The translations under genes and the position numbers were made by a program. Below are positions 29,662-39,236 of a stretch of DNA of 64,000 nt, piece after piece. The notes beneath the pieces were generated by a model. That model was not told where the DNA came from. It saw only the letters and a list, made by a program, of their open reading frames with translations, and did no database searches. This stretch comes from Marinagarivorans sp. Its GTDB lineage: Bacteria > Pseudomonadota > Gammaproteobacteria > Pseudomonadales > Cellvibrionaceae. Every line of letters starts with the position of its first letter. Within the stretch, counting starts at the first letter, position 1. The stretch spans positions 453,242-517,241 of the forward strand of contig JAXMGD010000003.1 of the NCBI GenBank assembly GCA_046347475.1, written 5' to 3'.

Positions 29662-30885
29662 ATGACGAACTATGAAGTAATGCATCAACCCGGACAGGTA
29701 CCGGTTAAGGCCTGGACAAAAGGAGTGGCGTTTGACGATAACGCCCGTAAACAAATCAACAACATGGCCAGCATGCCGTTTATTCATAAATGGATTGCCG
29801 TAATGCCCGATGTGCACTTGGGAAAGGGGGCCACTATCGGCAGCGTAATTCCCACTGTGGGGGCAATAATTCCTGCGGCCGTGGGTGTGGATTTAGGCTG
29901 CGGCATGATGGCGGTAAAAACCAGTTTAAACGCGGCGCAATTGCCGGATTCGCTGCAGAATTTGCGCGCTGATATTGAAAAAAATGTACCCCATGGCTCA
30001 AGCCCAACTACCCGTGGCAAGCGTGATACCGGAAGCTGGTTTAACGCCCCGGAAGACGTAATAAATGCCTGGGCGGGATTGGATGCAGGGTTTATTGCGC
30101 TGTGTGAGAAACACCCATTTTTAAAAAATACCAACAATAAAAATCATTTGGGAACTTTGGGATCGGGCAACCATTTTATTGAGGTGTGTGTGGATGAAGA
30201 AAATAGCGTGTGGGTGATGTTGCATAGTGGTTCACGCGGGGTGGGAAACCGTATTGGTACCCATTTTATTGAGCAGGCGAAAAAAGATATGGAGCGTTGG
30301 TTTATTCAATTGCCCGATAGGGATTTAGCCTATATTCCTGAGGGAAGTGAAACATTCAAAGATTATGTAGCGGCCGTGGCCTGGGCGCAGGATTTTGCCC
30401 GCGCCAATCGTGAAGTGATGATGGTGCGGGCTTTAAATGCCTTGCAGCGCAATGTGCCGGTGCCGTTTACCGCGCATTTAGAGGCGGTAAATTGCCACCA
30501 TAATTACATCAGCCGCGAGCACCACTATGGCGAAAATGTCTGGGTAACCCGTAAAGGTGCTGTGCGTGCCGGTGCAGGGGAAATGGGAATTATCCCCGGC
30601 AGCATGGGGGCTAAGTCTTTTATTGTGCGCGGCCTGGGTAATGCGGAGAGTTTTTGCAGCTGTAGCCACGGCGCAGGAAGAATTATGTCGCGCACCGAGG
30701 CAAAAAAACGTGTGTCTATGCAGGAGCATGAATTAGCTACCGCTGGTGTGGAATGCCGTAAGGATGCCAATGTAATCGACGAGACGCCTTCTGCTTATAA
30801 GCCTATAGATGCTGTGATGCAGGCGCAGGCGGATTTGGTGGAAATTGTTCACACACTTAAACAAGTGGTGTGTGTTAAAGGTTAA
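29662..30885 (+). CDS. rtcB: RNA-splicing ligase RtcB (3'-phosphate/5'-hydroxyl RNA ligase)
   Basis: MTNYEVMHQPGQVPVKAWTKGV...MPFIHKWIAVMPDVHLGKGATIGSVIPT closely matches E. coli RtcB. RBS AAGGTGGA lies 7 nt upstream of 29662. The track ORF start at 29557 is an in-frame extension across the promoter. No rtcA follows. Confidence 0.9.
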   Translation: MTNYEVMHQPGQVPVKAWTKGVAFDDNARKQINNMASMPFIHKWIAVMPDVHLGKGATIGSVIPTVGAIIPAAVGVDLGCGMMAVKTSLNAAQLPDSLQNLRADIEKNVPHGSSPTTRGKRDTGSWFNAPEDVINAWAGLDAGFIALCEKHPFLKNTNNKNHLGTLGSGNHFIEVCVDEENSVWVMLHSGSRGVGNRIGTHFIEQAKKDMERWFIQLPDRDLAYIPEGSETFKDYVAAVAWAQDFARANREVMMVRALNALQRNVPVPFTAHLEAVNCHHNYISREHHYGENVWVTRKGAVRAGAGEMGIIPGSMGAKSFIVRGLGNAESFCSCSHGAGRIMSRTEAKKRVSMQEHELATAGVECRKDANVIDETPSAYKPIDAVMQAQADLVEIVHTLKQVVCVKG

Positions 30886-31050
30886 ACATTTAGGCGTGCT
30901 GTAAATAGCATTAATAAATGTTGTGAATTTGGTGGGTTATTTATTTTGGGTATAAATAACACTGTGTAATCTCAGCGATAAGTGCGTAAAAGCACTCTGA
31001 CACGAGGCCGCTGGTTTATTGTGTGTCGAGATGAAACAGCACCAAATAAT

Positions 31051-31112
31051 GCCCCCGTAGCTCAGTCTGGTAGAGCACATTGAGGTCGCAGGTTCGAATC
31101 CTGTCGGGGGCG
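31051..31112 (+). ncRNA. tRNA-like element lacking an anticodon arm (candidate Y RNA-type tRNA mimic)
   Basis: Acceptor GCCCCCG/CGGGGGC, D-arm GCTC-AGTCTGGTA-GAGC, then only CATTG where the 17-nt anticodon arm should be. Variable loop AGGTC, T-arm GCAGG-TTCGAAT-CCTGT. 62 nt. Lies 165 nt downstream of rtcB on the same strand. Confidence 0.5.
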
Positions 31113-31113
31113 C

Positions 31114-31187
31114 AATGCTATAGCTCATCCTGGTAGAGCATCTCACTCATAATGAGACGGTAGCCGGTTCGAATCCGACTAGCAATT
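31114..31187 (+). tRNA. tRNA-Met(CAT)-like gene, possibly degenerate; directly abuts the preceding tRNA-like element
   Basis: Clover-leaf with anticodon stem TCTCA/TGAGA and loop CTCATAA, D-arm GCTC-ATCCTGGTA-GAGC, T-loop TTCGAAT. One mismatch each in the acceptor (A2-A71) and T stems. No encoded CCA. Only 1 nt separates it from the upstream element. Confidence 0.5.
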
Positions 31188-31363
31188 ACCCTGTCACGGT
31201 AAACGTAAAGTAAAAATACACACCGGCGCAGGTGTTAGATAATTAAGGAGTGAATAAACAGGGAAATAAATGGAAATGCTTGTGCAGCAGTGGGCGGCCA
31301 TAACACGTCCGGTTGGATGTGCGCTGCAGGTGCAATTAGGCCTAAGGCCCGCATCACTTCACC

Positions 31364-32581
31364 TTGTTGTGCCCGCTTCGCTGCGGTTGTGTTAATAATT
31401 GGACATTAATGGAGAATACTATGAGATTTAAAAAACGCTATGTGATCAGCGATACCCAATTGGGTTTATTATTTAAAGAACACCAATTTCAGCGCGTGTT
31501 AACCCGCGGTGTCTATGAATTTTGGGATTGGCGCAACACATTGGTGTTGCGCACTATCAGCTTAAATGCCAGCCTCACTGAGGGCGTTCCTGCGGATATT
31601 TTATTTTTAGCTCAGGGCAACCCCGGTGCTTTTGATGCCCATCTGATTAATTGGCAAACCGCCGAGCATGAAGTGGGTTTGGTGTATCAAGACGGCGTGT
31701 TGCGGGACATTAAAGCGCCCGGCCAACAAGGCGCCTATTGGAAAACTCACCAACATGTGGAAATTAAAATCCTCAGCGTTGAAGATGATTTCGCTTTGGG
31801 TGAGTCTTTGGCGCGGGTTTTATCTGGCGCCCGTGAGAGCCTGTTAAGCCGCGCGGCTACCAATGCGGTGGCGGTAAGCTCTGTGGCTGAAGGCTGTGTG
31901 GGTTTTTTAATGGTGAACGGTAATACCGTTAAAACCCTAAGCCCCGGTGTGCATATGTTTTGGAAATTTAACCGTGTTATTGAGGTTAAACAGTACGACT
32001 TGCGTTTGCAGGCAATGGAAGTTAACGGCCAGGAAATTCTTACCAAGGATCGGGTGAGCCTGCGGATTAATTTGTCGGCTACCTGGCAAATTAATAATGC
32101 CGAGCAGGTGCGCGTGAGCTTGGCGGATGCAAAAGAGTATTTATACCGTGAATTGCAGTTGGCGCTACGTGCGGTGGTGAGTACCCAAACCCTGGATGAA
32201 TTGTTGGCAGACAAAAACTCGCTTAATCATCAGGTATTGGACTTGGTGAGTGAAAAAGCCCAGGTGTTTGGTATATCGCTTAATTCGGTAGGGGCGCGGG
32301 ATATTATTTTACCCGGTGAAATGAAAGCTATTTTAACCTCTGTGGTGGAGGCGCAAAAATTGGCCGAGGCGAATTTAATTAAACGCCAAGAAGAGACTCA
32401 AGCCACCCGCTCGTTACACAACACGGCTAAAGTGATGGAGGGTAATCCGATTTTGCTGCGTTTAAAGGAGTTGGAAGTATTGGAGAAAATTACCGGCAAA
32501 ATTAACTCCCTTAATGTTTATGGCGGTTTGGACGGAGTGATGCACGATTTAGTGCGCCTGACGGACAGACGGAGTCAATAA
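31364..32581 (+). CDS. SPFH/band-7 (stomatin/HflC-like) domain protein
   Basis: C-terminal EAQKLAEANLIKRQEETQATR and the preceding region are typical of the SPFH fold. Start may be the internal Met at about 31409 (MENTMRFKK). Confidence 0.7.
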   Translation: MLCPLRCGCVNNWTLMENTMRFKKRYVISDTQLGLLFKEHQFQRVLTRGVYEFWDWRNTLVLRTISLNASLTEGVPADILFLAQGNPGAFDAHLINWQTAEHEVGLVYQDGVLRDIKAPGQQGAYWKTHQHVEIKILSVEDDFALGESLARVLSGARESLLSRAATNAVAVSSVAEGCVGFLMVNGNTVKTLSPGVHMFWKFNRVIEVKQYDLRLQAMEVNGQEILTKDRVSLRINLSATWQINNAEQVRVSLADAKEYLYRELQLALRAVVSTQTLDELLADKNSLNHQVLDLVSEKAQVFGISLNSVGARDIILPGEMKAILTSVVEAQKLAEANLIKRQEETQATRSLHNTAKVMEGNPILLRLKELEVLEKITGKINSLNVYGGLDGVMHDLVRLTDRRSQ

Positions 32582-33115
32582 GCAGTCAGTGCCTGGGTTT
32601 TAAGCCTACTTCTGATGGGGCTATGTTATCTGTTATCTCAGGTGGTTATTGTTGTGGTCGCAGCGTATTAAAGGCTTAAGAGCACCTTCGGGCATTGGAT
32701 GTCCGGAGGTGTCCCTATATTAATCCGCCCGAAACATTCGATTGCCCTAAGTATCTACAAGCTAATAATGGGTCTCTGCCATAACCTTAGCCCGTTATAA
32801 AAAATGTATTGGCAAGGGCAGGCCATTTTATTGCGAATAGTTTTGAATGGATCGCCTAGGTAAGGCTATTATCAATTGAGCCTTGGCGCCTCTAAAATCC
32901 ATTGCTAAAAATGCCAATATGACGCAGGGTTTTACGGAGTTTAGCGTCCGGTGGCTTTACCCGTAGGCGCAGCTTGGCCAGGTAAGCTCCTTGTTTCGCA
33001 CACAGTTGGCTGGTATTTAATGCCGTTTTGTTTGGCTTTATTGTTTTAACAGAAAAAGGCCCTTGTTGTATAAGGGATTAATTAACCCTAAAACCTAATA
33101 TTAAATGGGGTTTTT

Positions 33116-34627
33116 ATGCAGCAGCTTGGTGCCGATGAACGCGCAGCGGCTAAGGTGGAATCAGCCCTCGCTTTGCAGGCCTTCTGCCCACTTATTCTCG
33201 ATACGGTAGCTGCGGCGATCATGCTAATAGCTAAATCGGGACAAATTGTTTATTGCAATAATGAAGTCAACCGCTTGTTCGGCTACACAGGCGCAGAATT
33301 AATTGGCCAACCGGTTGAAACAATTATGCCCGCTGCCCTTTGCACGCAGATAGCGGATTGGTTTGAGCCTCAATTGATTCCTGGCGATCAAACCGAATAC
33401 CCCACACCTCCTAAAAATGAGCCGGGCCGGGATTATCTCGGCGAGCGCAAAGATGGAGTGGTTTTTCCAATAGAAGTCATCCTGCGCCCACTGGCCTATG
33501 GAAGTGAGCAATATGTGGTGGCTTCTGTATTGGATATCGCAGTGCGAAACGAGGCTCAGGATCAATTGGCACGAGTCATTGATTCCTCACCCTATGGGAA
33601 AATAGTGGTGGATAAGAGTGGGATTATTCGCTTGGTGAATGATCGTTTAGTTGATTTATTCGGTTATTCAAAAGAGCAGTTATTAGGGCAGCCCATTGAA
33701 CTATTACTGCCGGAGCGGTACCGCAGCGGCCATCAGGCTATGTTGCAGGGTTTTTTTGCTAATCCTAGCCTGCGCGCCATGGGGGAGGGGCGAGATTTAA
33801 CCGGGCGCCATGTATCAGGGCGAGAAATTCCCATTGAAATAGGGCTTGCACCGCTTGAGTTCGCTGGCGGCTTACATGTACTAGTCTGCATAACGGACAT
33901 CACTCGCCGTAAGCGGCTGGAATTGGATTTGCGTGAGGCCAATGCGCAGCTTGAAGAATTTACTTATGTTGTCTCCCACGATCTTAAATCGCCTATGCGC
34001 GGCATTGCTGATTTAACCGAGTGGATTACGGAGGATTTAGGCCCCGCCGTAGAGCCTGCGGTAGCCCATAATTTGCAGCGCATTCAAACGCGCATTCAGA
34101 GGATGGAAAACCTTACGGAGGATTTATTGCTTTATGCCCGTGCGGCAAAACGTAGCAAAGATGTCACTCAAGTGCATCTGCCGGATGTGGTCAATAGTAT
34201 TTTGGAATTATTAACGTTGCCTGAGCAGGCCCAAGTCAGGCTTGATTTTGCGCAGACGGATTTAGTTACGGCCAAAACTCCGTTGGAAACCGTGTTGCGC
34301 AATTTAATCAGCAACGCAATAAAACATCACCACGCTCCTGAACACTTTCAGTTGGCCATCAGTACAGAGGCGGCCGGCAGTTATTTATGTATCCGCGTAC
34401 AGGATAACGGCCCCGGTATTCCTGCGACGGCCCAAGAGCGAGTTTTTCGTTTATTTCAAACCCTAAACGGGTCTGGCACTGGCCTTGGGGGCGTCGGGCT
34501 TGCGGTTGCTAAGCGGCTAAGCGAGGCCCATGGTGGGCGTTTGGAATTTGATAACCAACCGGGCCTCGGCGGTTGTAGTTTCGCACTTTGGTGGCCCCGA
34601 TTCTTAAGGAGTGATTTCGATGAGTAG
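33116..34627 (+). CDS. Cytoplasmic sensor histidine kinase with two PAS domains
   Basis: Two PAS-like segments, H-box VSHDLKSPMRGIADL, HATPase N/G boxes (ISNAIKHH, GTGLGGVGLAVAKRL). No TM segments. Confidence 0.85.
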   Translation: MQQLGADERAAAKVESALALQAFCPLILDTVAAAIMLIAKSGQIVYCNNEVNRLFGYTGAELIGQPVETIMPAALCTQIADWFEPQLIPGDQTEYPTPPKNEPGRDYLGERKDGVVFPIEVILRPLAYGSEQYVVASVLDIAVRNEAQDQLARVIDSSPYGKIVVDKSGIIRLVNDRLVDLFGYSKEQLLGQPIELLLPERYRSGHQAMLQGFFANPSLRAMGEGRDLTGRHVSGREIPIEIGLAPLEFAGGLHVLVCITDITRRKRLELDLREANAQLEEFTYVVSHDLKSPMRGIADLTEWITEDLGPAVEPAVAHNLQRIQTRIQRMENLTEDLLLYARAAKRSKDVTQVHLPDVVNSILELLTLPEQAQVRLDFAQTDLVTAKTPLETVLRNLISNAIKHHHAPEHFQLAISTEAAGSYLCIRVQDNGPGIPATAQERVFRLFQTLNGSGTGLGGVGLAVAKRLSEAHGGRLEFDNQPGLGGCSFALWWPRFLRSDFDE

Positions 34628-35048
34628 TGCACTACCTCTTTCTGTTTTATTAATTGACGACGACGATGTAGCTTTGGAAGCGGTGCAGCGCAGCCTGCGC
34701 AAACACAATGTATTTTATCCGGTTTATACGGCGTGTGATGGCTTAGAAGGGCTGCAGATTTTGCGTGACATTCATCCTACCCAAAAAATTCCCAAACCCT
34801 ATCTGGTGCTGTTGGATTTAAATATGCCCAGAATGAATGGGTTTGAATTTTTAAATGAGGTGCGTTCGGACCCGCTTTTAAAAGAAACGGTGGTATTTGT
34901 TTTAACTACCTCGAACAATGATGCGGATCGCAATAAGGCCTACAACGAAAATATTGCAGGGTACATGGTGAAATCAGCGGTTGGGCCGCAGTTTCAAAAG
35001 TTGGCGCTATTGTTGGAGCATTTTTCGCAGGCTGTTGTATTTCCATAA
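34611..35048 (+). CDS. Single-domain CheY-like response regulator
   Basis: 145 aa receiver only (SVLLIDDDDVALEAV...LVLLDLNMPRMNG). Overlaps the upstream kinase by 17 nt. Confidence 0.85.
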   Translation: MISMSSALPLSVLLIDDDDVALEAVQRSLRKHNVFYPVYTACDGLEGLQILRDIHPTQKIPKPYLVLLDLNMPRMNGFEFLNEVRSDPLLKETVVFVLTTSNNDADRNKAYNENIAGYMVKSAVGPQFQKLALLLEHFSQAVVFP

Positions 35049-35166
35049 GTTGATAATTATGGGCCTGCAAACCTCTATGGAACTTCATCAGAGATTTCTT
35101 AGGTTTTAGGGCCTCGGCTGTATCAGCAGGATACACTCCCCAGCACACAATGAAGGTAAGGTTAAA

Positions 35167-37647
35167 ATGTCTGCACGACGTTTTTTGGTGGTAGATGACG
35201 ACGATGTCGATCGTGAAAAAGTCATTCGCCTTTTAAAATTTTATCCAACGGAAATCGAAACGGACGAAGCGGCGACTGTCGGTGAAGCACTCATTAAGCT
35301 TAAAAATATCCATTTTGACTGTTTATTAATTGACTACCGGTTAAGTGATGCGCTGGGCACGGAAATATTGTCAGGCCTGCGGGCCAGCGACCGGCGGCCA
35401 TTACCGGTGATTGTGATTAGTGGCAATAGCAGCCCCGAGGTAGTCAAAGAAGTTATGCGTGCAGGCGCGCAGGATTGTTTGGTGAAAAATATGCTCACGC
35501 CCGAGCTATTATGCGACTCCATTAAAAAGGCCTTGGACGATATCAGTGCGCAATGTGTGAGTTGGGATGCGCATACTCGCAATCGCCAATTGGCCGAAGG
35601 ACTACCGCAATTAGCCTGGAGTTGTTTACCCGATGGCAGCTGTGAATATTTAAACCGACGCTGGTGCGAATACACAGGCTTCAGCCAGGAGGAACAATTG
35701 GGTTTTGGTTGGTTAAATGCGGTGCACCCAGAGGATCGCGATCGCTTAGTGCAGGCCTGGATGACGGCTGTGCGCAGCCAAGAACCTATGTATATTTATT
35801 TTCGCGTGCGCCGTCACGATGGGGAATACCGCTGGTTTGATACCCGTGCGCTGCCTGAGCGCAACGATGCGGGCGAGGTGGTGCGCTGGCTGGGTACTAA
35901 TTCCGATGTTACCGAATACGAAACCACGCGGCAGGCCTTGGCCGATAGCGAGCGGCGTTTTCGCGCGGCGTTTGACCACGCCCCCTTAGGCATGGCCATA
36001 GTAACCGTCGAAGGGCATATTTTGCAGGCCAATCCGGCGTTTAATCAGTTGGTGGGGTTTGCCCAGGAGCAACAGCCCAATCGCCGCCGGTTAAATTTAT
36101 TAGGCTTTAAAATGAAGGATATTTCCCACCCCAGTGATTGGGAGTTGGAAGACCGCAAATTGCGCGAAATCCAAAGTTTAGGCCTGCCGGTGGTGCGCTA
36201 TGAAAAGCGTTATTTAACTAAGGATAACGATGTTATTTATACCGTCACTAATGTTTCTCTGGTGCAATTATCCGGTGGTGAGCATTGTTATCTGTATCAA
36301 ATTGTCGATGTGACCGACCGTAAAACCTATGAAAGCCAATTATTAAATCTCGCTCACCACGATGAATTAACGGGCTTATACAACCGCGCAAAACTTTATG
36401 AGATGTTTGATTGTTTTTTGCTGGCGAGCCAACGAGCCGAGCAGTGTTTTGCTGTGTTATTTGTTGACCTGGATAACTTTAAGCAGGTAAATGACAGTTT
36501 GGGCCACGAGGCAGGCGATCAGCTTTTGCGCGTGGTGGCGCGGCGTATGCGCAAATATTTGCGGCAGGATGATTGTGTGGCGCGCCTAGGTGGCGATGAA
36601 TTTATTATTTTGCTGCGCGATGTGGCGGATAAACAGGCCGTCTGCCGAGTGGTGGAATTATTAATTGAAAAAATCAGCTCGCCTATTCGTTTGGATGTGG
36701 CCATGGTGCATGTGGGCATGAGCGTTGGCGTGGCAGTTTATCCCTTTGATGGCGATACAGTGCAAACCCTTATGCGCAATGCCGACTCTGCTCTTTATGA
36801 TGCCAAAGGGCGCGGCCGGGGGTGTTTTCAAGTGTATAGGCCGGAACTAACCGAAAGCGCCAATCTGCGTTTAATGCTGGATGCGGATTTGCGCACCGCG
36901 ATTAATAACGAAGAATTTGAAATCTATTACCAGCCTTTAATTGATATTAACAGCCGGAAGGTTTCTTCAGTGGAGGCGCTGTTGCGCTGGAATCACCCGA
37001 AAAAGGGCCTATTAGAGCCGGAGAGTTTTATTGATTACGCCTTGGAGAGTGGCTTGATTTGCCCTATGGGCGATTGGGCGATTGTGAGCGCCTGCGCGCA
37101 ATTAGCCCGCTGGCGCGATGCGGGCCTTGTGCTGGCAATGAGTATTAATGTGTCCGCGCGCCAATTTCACACCGATGCATTAGTGGCCCGCGTGGCCCGC
37201 TGCCTACAGCAGTTTAATTTGGACCCGCAGTATTTAATTATTGAAATTACCGAGCAAATTTTTATGGATGAGGTGGAAGAGGTGCTGCAACGAGTGCAGG
37301 CCCTGCGCAATTTAGGCGTAAAAATTTCGCTAGATGATTTTGGTACGGGTTATTCATCACTGAATTATATCGTGCGGTTTTCGCCGGATTATTTAAAAAT
37401 TGACCGCTCCTTTGTTGCCCGCATCGGCGAGCAACCCCTGCACAACGGCATGGTAGAAGCCATAGTGGGCCTGGGCCGCATTGTGCCTTTGGGCATAGTG
37501 GCCGAGGGCGTGGAAACTCAAGCGCAATTTGATTTTCTCAAAGCCAGTGGCTGCCACTTTGCGCAGGGGTTTTATTTTTCTAAACCCTGTTGTGCAGAGG
37601 ATTTATCCCGTTATTTGGGGCGGCAGGGGGAGGCGCTGTGCCATTAG
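35167..37647 (+). CDS. REC-PAS-PAS-GGDEF-EAL c-di-GMP signalling protein
   Basis: Receiver (RFLVVDDDDVDREKV). GGDEF motif RLGGDEFIILL. EAL motifs (EALLRWNHP, DDFGTGYSSLNYI). Confidence 0.9.
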   Translation: MSARRFLVVDDDDVDREKVIRLLKFYPTEIETDEAATVGEALIKLKNIHFDCLLIDYRLSDALGTEILSGLRASDRRPLPVIVISGNSSPEVVKEVMRAGAQDCLVKNMLTPELLCDSIKKALDDISAQCVSWDAHTRNRQLAEGLPQLAWSCLPDGSCEYLNRRWCEYTGFSQEEQLGFGWLNAVHPEDRDRLVQAWMTAVRSQEPMYIYFRVRRHDGEYRWFDTRALPERNDAGEVVRWLGTNSDVTEYETTRQALADSERRFRAAFDHAPLGMAIVTVEGHILQANPAFNQLVGFAQEQQPNRRRLNLLGFKMKDISHPSDWELEDRKLREIQSLGLPVVRYEKRYLTKDNDVIYTVTNVSLVQLSGGEHCYLYQIVDVTDRKTYESQLLNLAHHDELTGLYNRAKLYEMFDCFLLASQRAEQCFAVLFVDLDNFKQVNDSLGHEAGDQLLRVVARRMRKYLRQDDCVARLGGDEFIILLRDVADKQAVCRVVELLIEKISSPIRLDVAMVHVGMSVGVAVYPFDGDTVQTLMRNADSALYDAKGRGRGCFQVYRPELTESANLRLMLDADLRTAINNEEFEIYYQPLIDINSRKVSSVEALLRWNHPKKGLLEPESFIDYALESGLICPMGDWAIVSACAQLARWRDAGLVLAMSINVSARQFHTDALVARVARCLQQFNLDPQYLIIEITEQIFMDEVEEVLQRVQALRNLGVKISLDDFGTGYSSLNYIVRFSPDYLKIDRSFVARIGEQPLHNGMVEAIVGLGRIVPLGIVAEGVETQAQFDFLKASGCHFAQGFYFSKPCCAEDLSRYLGRQGEALCH

Positions 37648-37663
37648 GTAATGGGTTTACGGG

Positions 37664-37790
37664 TTAAGGAACCTCTGATGAATTCCGGGGTTTGCCTTTT
37701 TCAAAACCGGCGCGGGCATGGAGCCCTTGCCTGAGCTACAGGGAGGTACTCGGGCGCTTTTGAAAAAGGCAAAACCTGGAATTAATGAGA
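37664..37790. repeat. Palindromic intergenic repeat, family B copy 2
   Basis: ggaacctctgatgaattccggggtttgcctttttcaaaaccggcgcgggcatggagccc...gcgcttttgaaaaaggcaaaacctggaattaatgagag. Internal dyad symmetry. Confidence 0.7.
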
Positions 37791-37904
37791 GCTTACTTAA
37801 AAAAGCCATCACGGCCGTTCACCCTGAGGTGTTGAACCCGCCTTCAACAAGCTGCTAACGGGTATCGGCGTAAGGCTGGGGAGGCGGGAGGCTGGGGGGC
37901 AATG

Positions 37905-38178
37905 TCATTAAGTTAAGCCAAGCCCCCTCACCCTAGCCCTCTCGGTAACCGCTCCTGGCGTGACTCTACCTCGATTTCATTCCCGATGAAATTCTACCTC
38001 CCCCGTCCTTGGGGTCGTCCTGCATCCGTGCAGTCGTCCCAAAGGGAGAGGGGACAGTGTGTGCTAACCCTGGAGGGCTTGCTTTTAGCTCCCTCTCCCT
38101 CTGGGAGAGGGTTGGGGTGAGGGTAAGACAGGGAGCGTGAAACAGGCCCAAATCCTTAACTTAATGACATTGGACTGG
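37905..38178. repeat. About 270-bp composite palindromic element containing family C copy 2 (37960-38045)
   Basis: Perfect outer inverted repeat caatgtcattaagttaag / cttaacttaatgacattg. Inner ccccctcaccct / agggtgagggg-like arms. The minus-strand ORFs called here are artefacts. Confidence 0.65.
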
Positions 38179-38299
38179 AGAGGAAGCTCAGTGCCTTTGT
38201 TACGCTGCCCATAACTTCGATTCACCCAGGTAAAACCGGCAGCCTTTGCTTCCCTAGGTGAAACCAATACCATGGGCGTTTTTGCGCTAAGGTTGCCCC

Positions 38300-39187
38300 A
38301 TGGTGTCATCCCTCACCCCCGCCGCCAGGCTCTACGCCTACGCCCGCTTAATGCGGCTGGATAAACCCATCGGTTTTTTCCTTCTATTGTGGCCGGTGTT
38401 GTGGAGTTTGTGGCTGGCGGCCAAGGGCGCTCCCTCCATCGCCAACCTGCTGATTTTTAGCCTAGGGGCTTTGGTGATGCGCTCGGCCGGGTGTGTGATT
38501 AACGACTATGCCGATCGCAATATCGACGGAGCGGTCAGCCGCACAAAAATGCGGCCATTGGTGCTGGGCCATGTTTCAAGCCGTGAGGCCCTGGGGTTGT
38601 TTGGGGGCCTGTGCCTGCTGGCGCTGCTGCTGGTGAGCCTCACCAACCGCCTCACCCTGTATTTATCCGTCGGCGCCCTGGCCTTGGCCACGGCCTATCC
38701 TTTTATGAAGCGCTACACCTATTTGCCGCAGGTGGTGTTGGGAGCTGCTTTTGCCTGGTCGATCCCTATGGCGTTTGCCGCCGAGACCGGCACTGTGCCG
38801 CCCCAGGCCTGGCTGGTGTACACCGCCGTGGTGATGTGGACCACCGCCTACGATACGTTTTACGGCATGGTGGACCGGGAGGAGGATATAAAAATTGGTG
38901 TGAAATCCACGGCGATTTTATTTGCCGAGCAAGATCGCACCATGACCGGCCTGCTGCAGGGGCTGTTCCTGCTCACCCTGTGGGTGGTGGGCCATAAAAT
39001 GGCCTTGGGCTGGCCCTATTATTTGGGCCTTGTGGCTGCCGCTTTGCTGTCGGGCTACCAGCAGTGGTTGATCCGCGCGCGGGAGCCCGCCGCTTGTTTT
39101 CGTGCCTTCTTGCATAACAATTGGGTGGGCATGGTGATTTTCTTAGGGCTGGTGGCGCAATTTGCTCTTGTCATAAAACCGCAATAA
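38300..39187 (+). CDS. ubiA: 4-hydroxybenzoate polyprenyltransferase
   Basis: 295 aa. [10 protein letters not shown] (NDxxDxxxD) motif and UbiA-type TM topology. Conserved ubiA-phoB-phoR synteny. Confidence 0.85.
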   Translation: MVSSLTPAARLYAYARLMRLDKPIGFFLLLWPVLWSLWLAAKGAPSIANLLIFSLGALVMRSAGCVINDYADRNIDGAVSRTKMRPLVLGHVSSREALGLFGGLCLLALLLVSLTNRLTLYLSVGALALATAYPFMKRYTYLPQVVLGAAFAWSIPMAFAAETGTVPPQAWLVYTAVVMWTTAYDTFYGMVDREEDIKIGVKSTAILFAEQDRTMTGLLQGLFLLTLWVVGHKMALGWPYYLGLVAAALLSGYQQWLIRAREPAACFRAFLHNNWVGMVIFLGLVAQFALVIKPQ

Positions 39188-39236
39188 AAGGTTTATCTAA
39201 TCGCAACATACTTTCCCCCTAACCAGTTGCGCCTGT

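Noticed and set aside
37966-38309. Minus-strand ORFs 37966..38151 and 38085..38309
   Set aside because: They fall entirely within the composite palindromic repeat and the ubiA promoter region and are repeat artefacts. The family C copies at 11790 and 27125 show no conserved frame.
39188-39236. Pho box upstream of phoB
   Set aside because: I could not find a convincing CTGTCAT-N4-CTGTCAT-type box by eye, so it is not reported as a feature.
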